32,000 nucleotides of DNA. Source: Pseudoalteromonas tetraodonis. Its GTDB lineage: Bacteria > Pseudomonadota > Gammaproteobacteria > Enterobacterales > Alteromonadaceae. Location: the NCBI RefSeq assembly GCF_002310835.1, contig NZ_CP011041.1, positions 2,370,001-2,402,000 on the forward strand. The letters run 5' to 3'. The translations under genes and the position numbers were made by a program. The notes below the pieces were generated by a model that searched no databases, had not been told where the DNA came from, and saw only the letters and a program-made list of their open reading frames with translations. Shown here one piece after another: positions 26,990-32,000 of the stretch. The first letter of the stretch is position 1, and every line of letters begins with the position of its first letter.

Positions 26990-27270
26990 CCTCTGGGAGT
27001 GTATTGTATTACATAAAAGTTACAAAATGTATATTTAACTTTAGTTTATACAAAAAAATTAATTTTCAGTTTTTAATCTGAACTAATTATCTCAATAATG
27101 ACGCAACTTTGGTTTTAAATTAAGACTTTAACATTAGCCAGCAGCCATGTTGTGCATAAATCGCACACATAATTTATTGTGAAAAATACATTAAAGCTAC
27201 ATGAGATTATGACAATATCCAAAGACCCTTTATATTTAAGTCTACAGTAAAGCCATTTTTAGGTGAAAGC

Positions 27271-27867
27271 ATGATAAAAAAACAGACCACACAATCAGCT
27301 AACATGCTTTTTAACAACAACCACTATAATCCATTATTTTTTACTACATTGAATAACGACATATTGTTGGTATGCTACTCAGCCCTAAATTCTCTTACTA
27401 ATTACGAACTTTTAAACCAATTTATTCATACTAATAATTACCAAGGGCTCGTTATTTTTAATATCCCTAAAAATACCGATGCGGCTTCACTCAAAGAATG
27501 GCCAAATTTAAAAGGTCTTTTTTATCAAGATACTAGTGAAGAGTTGTTCAATAGAGGGTTAGATGCAATTAAACAAGGTGAATTGTGGTTTCCACGAACC
27601 ATTAGTGACATTTGGATGCGCCAAATGCTCGATACAGAGCAAAAAAACGCTTTGCAAACAGCTAACCTAACCGATAAAGAAATTAAAGTACTCAATCTAC
27701 TCTTTAGCGGACTTCATTCCAGTGCTATTGCTGATAGTTTATTTATAAGTGAAGCGACGGTGAGAGTGCACTTACATAAAATTTATAAAAAAATAGCGGT
27801 CAAAAATAAACAGCAAGCAATTCGTTGGTGCCAAGATAACCTAAAAAATATAAATTCACGTTTATAA
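27271..27867 (+). CDS. LuxR-family (CsgD-like) transcriptional regulator
   Basis: C-terminal HTH LTDKEIKVLNLLFSGLHSSAIADSLFISEATVRVHLHKIYKKIAV. An N-terminal CsgD-like non-phosphorylatable domain. The RBS aggtga precedes the ATG. The upstream region is 360 bp and AT-rich. Confidence 0.8.
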   Translation: MIKKQTTQSANMLFNNNHYNPLFFTTLNNDILLVCYSALNSLTNYELLNQFIHTNNYQGLVIFNIPKNTDAASLKEWPNLKGLFYQDTSEELFNRGLDAIKQGELWFPRTISDIWMRQMLDTEQKNALQTANLTDKEIKVLNLLFSGLHSSAIADSLFISEATVRVHLHKIYKKIAVKNKQQAIRWCQDNLKNINSRL

Positions 27868-28109
27868 CTAAAAAAATAATTACTACTTAATGCGTACTGC
27901 AGTAAATATTATCTCATCATAAATAATTCTAAAAAACTCAGCTAGTTACATTACCTTAAAATATAAAAGCCTTAATTTTCAATCACAATCATGTGTTCTT
28001 GTTGCAAAAAGGTGGTGAAAAGTACTTAATTTATTAATTTTAATTAGAAAAAAGTTAATACTCGTCTTATACTGCAGCGGGATACACATGAAATTAAATA
28101 GGATACACA

Positions 28110-29255
28110 ATGAAAAAACTATCTGTAGCAGTAGCAATTTGTTGCGCACTTGCCACAAGCAACGCGAGTGCTGAAGTTCGTATTAATGGGTTTGCTTCTA
28201 TTGTCGGTGGTAAGTCGCTCGATAGTGATCAAACTTTATATGGATATGATGATGATATTTCATTCAAAAATGAAAGCGTATTTGCTCTTCAGCTAACTGC
28301 TGATTTGCAAGAGAAGCTATCCGCTACAGCCCAAATAGTGGCTCGCGGCGAAAATGATTTTGATGCCGATTTTGAATGGGCATACTTAACTTATGAGATA
28401 TCTGACGAATTACAGATCAGTGCTGGTAAAATGCGTGCACCGTTTTATCGTTACTCTGACTTTTTAGATGTTGGCTATACCTACCGTTGGGTGCGCCCAC
28501 CTCAGTCTGTATATAACTTACCTTTTTCAACCTATGAAGGCCTAAGCTTATTACATACAACTCAGCTTGGTGATTGGGACTCTACTCTACAGGTTATTTA
28601 CGGCAGCTTCGATGATAATATTGCCGTAGTATCTGTTAATGGTGATACCGAGCTTAATGATATTGCAGGGTTAAACTGGACATTAAGTTACGATTGGTTC
28701 AGTGCTCGCGCTGCTTACTTTGTTGCCGAAACGAGTATTGAGATTGAAAATGATACGGCCGAAGGTATGGCCCTTAACGGCTTAGAGCAAGCCCTTCGTA
28801 ACTCAGGTTTTGTTGACCAAGCTAACAGTATTGCTATTGACGAAGACGATGGTGCATTTTTAGCGCTTGGCTTTTCAATTGATTACAATAATATCTTGTT
28901 TGACGCTGAATACACACAGTTTGAAGTAGATAACAGCGCGCTCGCTAAGCAAACTCAATATTACACATCTTTAGGCTACCGTATGGATGAATGGCTTGTT
29001 CATTTAACCTATGAAAATAACGATGATGAGCATGACAGTAATCGTTATAATGCAATCCCAACTGTGCCGCAATTAAATGCTGGCCTTAACCAAGTTTTGG
29101 AAGGCTCTAAAGCAAAAAGTAATGTGTACACTATTGGTGCTCGTTATGATTTCCACCCAATGGCTGCCTTAAAAGTAGACTTTAGCCGCTTAAAAGATGA
29201 CATAACAAATACTGAAACCGACGTAGTGGCCGTTGGCGTTGATTTAGTATTTTAA
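28110..29255 (+). CDS. Outer-membrane porin (beta-barrel)
   Basis: Signal peptide ...SNASA|EV. An alternating beta-strand pattern. C-terminal VGVDLVF ending in Phe. Confidence 0.75.
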   Translation: MKKLSVAVAICCALATSNASAEVRINGFASIVGGKSLDSDQTLYGYDDDISFKNESVFALQLTADLQEKLSATAQIVARGENDFDADFEWAYLTYEISDELQISAGKMRAPFYRYSDFLDVGYTYRWVRPPQSVYNLPFSTYEGLSLLHTTQLGDWDSTLQVIYGSFDDNIAVVSVNGDTELNDIAGLNWTLSYDWFSARAAYFVAETSIEIENDTAEGMALNGLEQALRNSGFVDQANSIAIDEDDGAFLALGFSIDYNNILFDAEYTQFEVDNSALAKQTQYYTSLGYRMDEWLVHLTYENNDDEHDSNRYNAIPTVPQLNAGLNQVLEGSKAKSNVYTIGARYDFHPMAALKVDFSRLKDDITNTETDVVAVGVDLVF

Positions 29256-29267
29256 TTGGAGCGAATC

Positions 29268-29675
29268 ATGAAAAAATTAATTTTAGCCAGCATGCTAACA
29301 TTATGTAGCTCAGCAGTTTTTGCTGAAGTTGCAGTCATCATTAACCCTGCGAATGCTAATGCAGTAAGCCAAGACGATATTAAAAAAATATACCTTGGCA
29401 AGAGCAAATCGTTTGCCGATGGCACCAAAGTTAATCCTGTTAATCAAAATGGCACTGCAGTCGCTGATGAATTTAACGACAAACTTGTTGGTAAATCGGG
29501 TAGTCAGTTAAATGCCTATTGGTCAAAGCTCGTATTTACAGGTAAAGGTACACCGCCGGGTAAACTTGATAATGACCAAGCTGTGATTGATTTTGTCGCT
29601 GCTAATGCAGATGCAATTGGCTATATCGATAGCGCCAAAGTAAGTGATAAAGTTAAAGTAGTGGGTAAGTATTAA
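29268..29675 (+). CDS. Small periplasmic PstS-like (PBP-like, single-lobe-sized) protein
   Basis: Signal peptide ...SSAVFA|EV. Then VAVIINPANANAVSQDDIKKIYLGK...WSKLVFTGKG...AIGYID, which resembles short proteins annotated as phosphate ABC substrate-binding. GGAG lies 6 nt before ATG 29268. The ATG begins 12 nt after the porin stop. Confidence 0.6.
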   Translation: MKKLILASMLTLCSSAVFAEVAVIINPANANAVSQDDIKKIYLGKSKSFADGTKVNPVNQNGTAVADEFNDKLVGKSGSQLNAYWSKLVFTGKGTPPGKLDNDQAVIDFVAANADAIGYIDSAKVSDKVKVVGKY

Positions 29676-29691
29676 TCTGCTAAATTAAAAT

Positions 29692-29728
29692 AAAAGCCCG
29701 CAATAAATACTTTATTGCGGGCTTTTTT
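29692..29728. terminator. Bidirectional terminator between the mini-PBP gene and the MCP gene
   Basis: aaaagcccgcaataaa tac tttattgcgggctttt, followed by T-run. Confidence 0.75.
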
Positions 29729-29781
29729 ATCCCTTAACGTTTTACAAAATCATAAAACGTTAAAGTAATGTGCTTTAGCAA

Positions 29782-31413
29782 CTACTCAATTTTAAACTTA
29801 GCAGTTGCATCTAATAAGTTATCTGAAAGGTAATGTAAGTTTTTAGCCACATCTCTTACTGCTTTTAGTGAGCTCATAGTATCTTCAAATGAAACATGCA
29901 TATTAGATACGTTGTCTACAACCATTGCAGCAACAGAGGTTTGCTCTTCTGTTGCTGCTGCAATTTGCGAGTTCATGCCATTAATTTCTAGTATTTGCTC
30001 TGCAATTTTTTCAATCGAAACACCGGTTTGCTCTGCTGCACTAGCATTATCGGTTGCCATATCTCTTGCAGAGGTCATCGCACTTACAGATTCATTAGCT
30101 GCCACACTTAATGTACTTAACAATTCACGTATTTCATTAGTTGACTGCGCCGTACGAGAGGCAAGCTCACGGACTTCATCTGCAACCACGGCAAAGCCTC
30201 GGCCATGTTCACCCGCGCGTGCAGCTTCTATTGCGGCATTTAGGGCTAATAAGTTTGTTTGCTCGGCAATGGATGTAATTACATTTAATATTTGCGATAC
30301 ATTTTTAGTGTCATCAGCTAACTTATTAATGGTGCTGGCCGCTATATTAATTTCATCACTTAGCGTTCGCGACGCATTTACAGACATTTTTACTTGTATT
30401 CGGCTTTGATCTACTTCTTTTTCTGCGGTTTGCACGGCATTAGATGCGCTTGCAGCTGATTGTGAAATATCACCCACGCTTTGCTTCATTTCTTCCATCG
30501 ACTGTTTAACAACATCTGCATCGGTGGTTTGTTTGGTGGTCGCTCTCTCCGCTCGCTCCATCCCTTGTACAAGACGGGTTGAATTTTCCATTAACGGTTC
30601 ACATACCGCGATGACTTCTAAAACGGTTTCTCTAAGCAGGCTAATAAAAGCATTAAAGTTTATAGATACCTGTCCTATTTCATCCTCTGAGTTAACAGCA
30701 AGCTTGGTACTTAACGACCCTTTACCACTTGCCAAAAGGCTTAAATTATTAGCGGCATCACTAGCTGATGAACCGATATTACGCGCTATCCAAATAGCCA
30801 TAAGTAATAACAGTGCTAATGAAACTACCGCAACAACCAGCATTAAGTTAAGTGCGTCATCTGAGCGTGCTTTTGTATTAGCAACAAGCTGGAAAAAGCG
30901 ATCATCTGCTTTTTGCTGTGCGCTTTTAAAGCTGGTTAATACGGCTTCGTATAGGCTTGTTTTAAGCTGAGCTTGTTGTTGAATTTTACTGAAATCTGCC
31001 GTGCCATTAACCATACCATTGGCAATAGTTGCAGATATTTTTTCGTAATTAGCTAGTCGTGTTTTTGTATCATTATCAATATAAGAGGTATTAATTGCCT
31101 CAATCGCACCAAGATTAGTAACCAACTGCGCATAGGTTTCACTCGCCTTTGTTACTAAGTCTTGCTCACCAAAGGTTACAGCCTGGGTGTATAATTCATC
31201 TAATTTTTCTAAAATACTTACGTTAGCCAAGGTTAATTTGGCTACTTTATAAGACGATTTCTCCATTTCATTGAGTGATATGCGATTTTCGTTCATGGCA
31301 AAGTAGTTAACCAAAACGATTACTAAGAATGCGATGATCGCTATAGATGTAATTGCATGTATTTTTTTAGTAATGCTGAGGTTTTTAAAAGAGAAACCTG
31401 AAGCCATATTCAT
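29782..31413 (-). CDS. Methyl-accepting chemotaxis protein
   Basis: An N-terminal TM, a periplasmic region, a second TM and a HAMP domain. The highly conserved signalling hairpin is [40 protein letters not shown]. Confidence 0.9.
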   Translation of the reverse strand: MNMASGFSFKNLSITKKIHAITSIAIIAFLVIVLVNYFAMNENRISLNEMEKSSYKVAKLTLANVSILEKLDELYTQAVTFGEQDLVTKASETYAQLVTNLGAIEAINTSYIDNDTKTRLANYEKISATIANGMVNGTADFSKIQQQAQLKTSLYEAVLTSFKSAQQKADDRFFQLVANTKARSDDALNLMLVVAVVSLALLLLMAIWIARNIGSSASDAANNLSLLASGKGSLSTKLAVNSEDEIGQVSINFNAFISLLRETVLEVIAVCEPLMENSTRLVQGMERAERATTKQTTDADVVKQSMEEMKQSVGDISQSAASASNAVQTAEKEVDQSRIQVKMSVNASRTLSDEINIAASTINKLADDTKNVSQILNVITSIAEQTNLLALNAAIEAARAGEHGRGFAVVADEVRELASRTAQSTNEIRELLSTLSVAANESVSAMTSARDMATDNASAAEQTGVSIEKIAEQILEINGMNSQIAAATEEQTSVAAMVVDNVSNMHVSFEDTMSSLKAVRDVAKNLHYLSDNLLDATAKFKIE

Positions 31414-31439
31414 TTACTCCGTTTAATTATCTATAGTTA

Positions 31440-31466
31440 TTATCGGCTTAAGATGCACAAATGTTA
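31440..31466 (-). promoter_or_regulatory. Candidate sigma28 (FliA) promoter for the MCP gene
   Basis: On the minus strand, TAACATTT-N11-GCCGATAA compares with the consensus TAAAGTTT-N11-GCCGATAA. The -10 element is perfect and ends 27 nt before the ATG. Confidence 0.55.
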
Positions 31467-31617
31467 ACTTTATTTTTAACTTTAGACGCTTTTTATACAT
31501 GAAGTTAAATATACCGTAATAATCTTTCGTAAACACTAACAATTGAAATATAGAGTGTTCTACTCAATGATCAACATTAATCCTAAAAGAGTTGTTTAAT
31601 ATTTTAAATTGTAGGCA

Positions 31618-31652
31618 CAAAAAAACCAGTAACATTGCTGTTACTGGTTTTT
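31618..31652 (-). terminator. Rho-independent terminator downstream of tRNA-Leu
   Basis: On the minus strand: ccagtaaca gcaa tgttactgg followed by T7. Confidence 0.7.
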
Positions 31653-31657
31653 GTATT

Positions 31658-31742
31658 TGGTGCGGATGGGGGGACTTGAACCCCCACGCCCGAAAGCACT
31701 ACCCCCTCAAGGTAGCGTGTCTACCAATTCCACCACATCCGC
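31658..31742 (-). tRNA. leuU: tRNA-Leu (anticodon GAG), 85 nt with long variable arm and encoded CCA
   Basis: Acceptor GCGGATG/CATCCGC-A-CCA. Anticodon stem-loop CTACC-TTGAGGG-GGTAG. T-arm GGGGGTTCAAGTCCCCC. It lies directly downstream of secG, as E. coli leuU does. Confidence 0.93.
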
Positions 31743-31820
31743 ATTTTTTAAGCTATTGCTTAGTGTTAAGTCCGCATGTTTATTTGAGGGAAATAAACAA
31801 CTTAACGATTTAAAACTAAA

Positions 31821-32000
31821 TTAATTTGGTACGTCAGAGCTTTGCTCTTTAGTTGATGTGACTGGCACATCTTCTTCAACTGGAGTCACTGTTTCAACAG
31901 CTGGAGCCGCTTCTAGGTTTTCCCATTCGTCAGTCTTTTTAATTTGACCGGCAGTTAGGTTACCTAACACAATACTAAGCACAAAAAAGATTGTAGCTAA
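31821..32000 (-). CDS. secG: Preprotein translocase subunit SecG (C-terminal 59 codons; the 5' end lies beyond the right edge)
   Basis: Minus-strand translation reads LATIFFVLSIVLGNLTAGQIKKTDEWENLEAAPAVE...SSDVPN*. This resembles my recollection of the E. coli SecG C-terminus (ATLFFIISLVLGN...SEWENL...DIPN). The secG-leuU synteny also fits. Confidence 0.8.
   Translation of the reverse strand, partial: LATIFFVLSIVLGNLTAGQIKKTDEWENLEAAPAVETVTPVEEDVPVTSTKEQSSDVPN

Noticed and set aside
29912-30970. 165-aa and 148-aa plus-strand ORFs antisense to the MCP gene; likewise 17196-17555 and 17631-17837 antisense in the FapA-like gene
   Set aside because: These are typical antisense open frames of Ala/Ser-rich genes. 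The sense frames carry diagnostic motifs.
31592-31813. 73-aa plus-strand ORF
   Set aside because: It runs antisense across tRNA-Leu and its terminator.

Overview
The window looks like chromosomal DNA from a marine gammaproteobacterium. Pseudoalteromonas or another Alteromonadales member is my inference from gene content, roughly 40% GC by eye, and the tmRNA tag ANDDNYSLAA. Most of it is conserved core.

On the minus strand there is a 3'-truncated fimV/hubP-like gene with two large in-frame acidic tandem repeats, followed by asd, pdxB and fabB. mnmC is divergent from fabB. Next come an SDR-like oxidoreductase and a TauE/SafE permease. Further right are ssrA (tmRNA), a FapA/DUF342 gene, rnt, motY, tyrP, ggt, a GNAT, a small lipoprotein and a TonB-dependent receptor. 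The window ends with a CsgD-like LuxR regulator, a porin, a mini-PBP, an MCP, tRNA-Leu(GAG) and the 3' end of secG.

The one clearly accessory segment is a roughly 5.6 kb integrative island at about 10631-16257, inserted in the 3' end of ssrA. It is bounded by an imperfect ~38 bp direct repeat of the tmRNA 3' end. It carries a P4-type tyrosine integrase, an AlpA-like protein and a YagK/YfjJ (Inovirus Gp2-like) protein. It also carries two domain-less ORFs that are translationally coupled to int and to alpA, and a terminal pair of exported proteins with no recognisable family.

This island is my best candidate for something undescribed: a minimalist satellite-like element with an envelope-located cargo. 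I could not recognise any known defence, toxin-antitoxin or CRISPR system, and none of the novelty claims can be settled without database searches. No rRNA, CRISPR array or IS element was seen.
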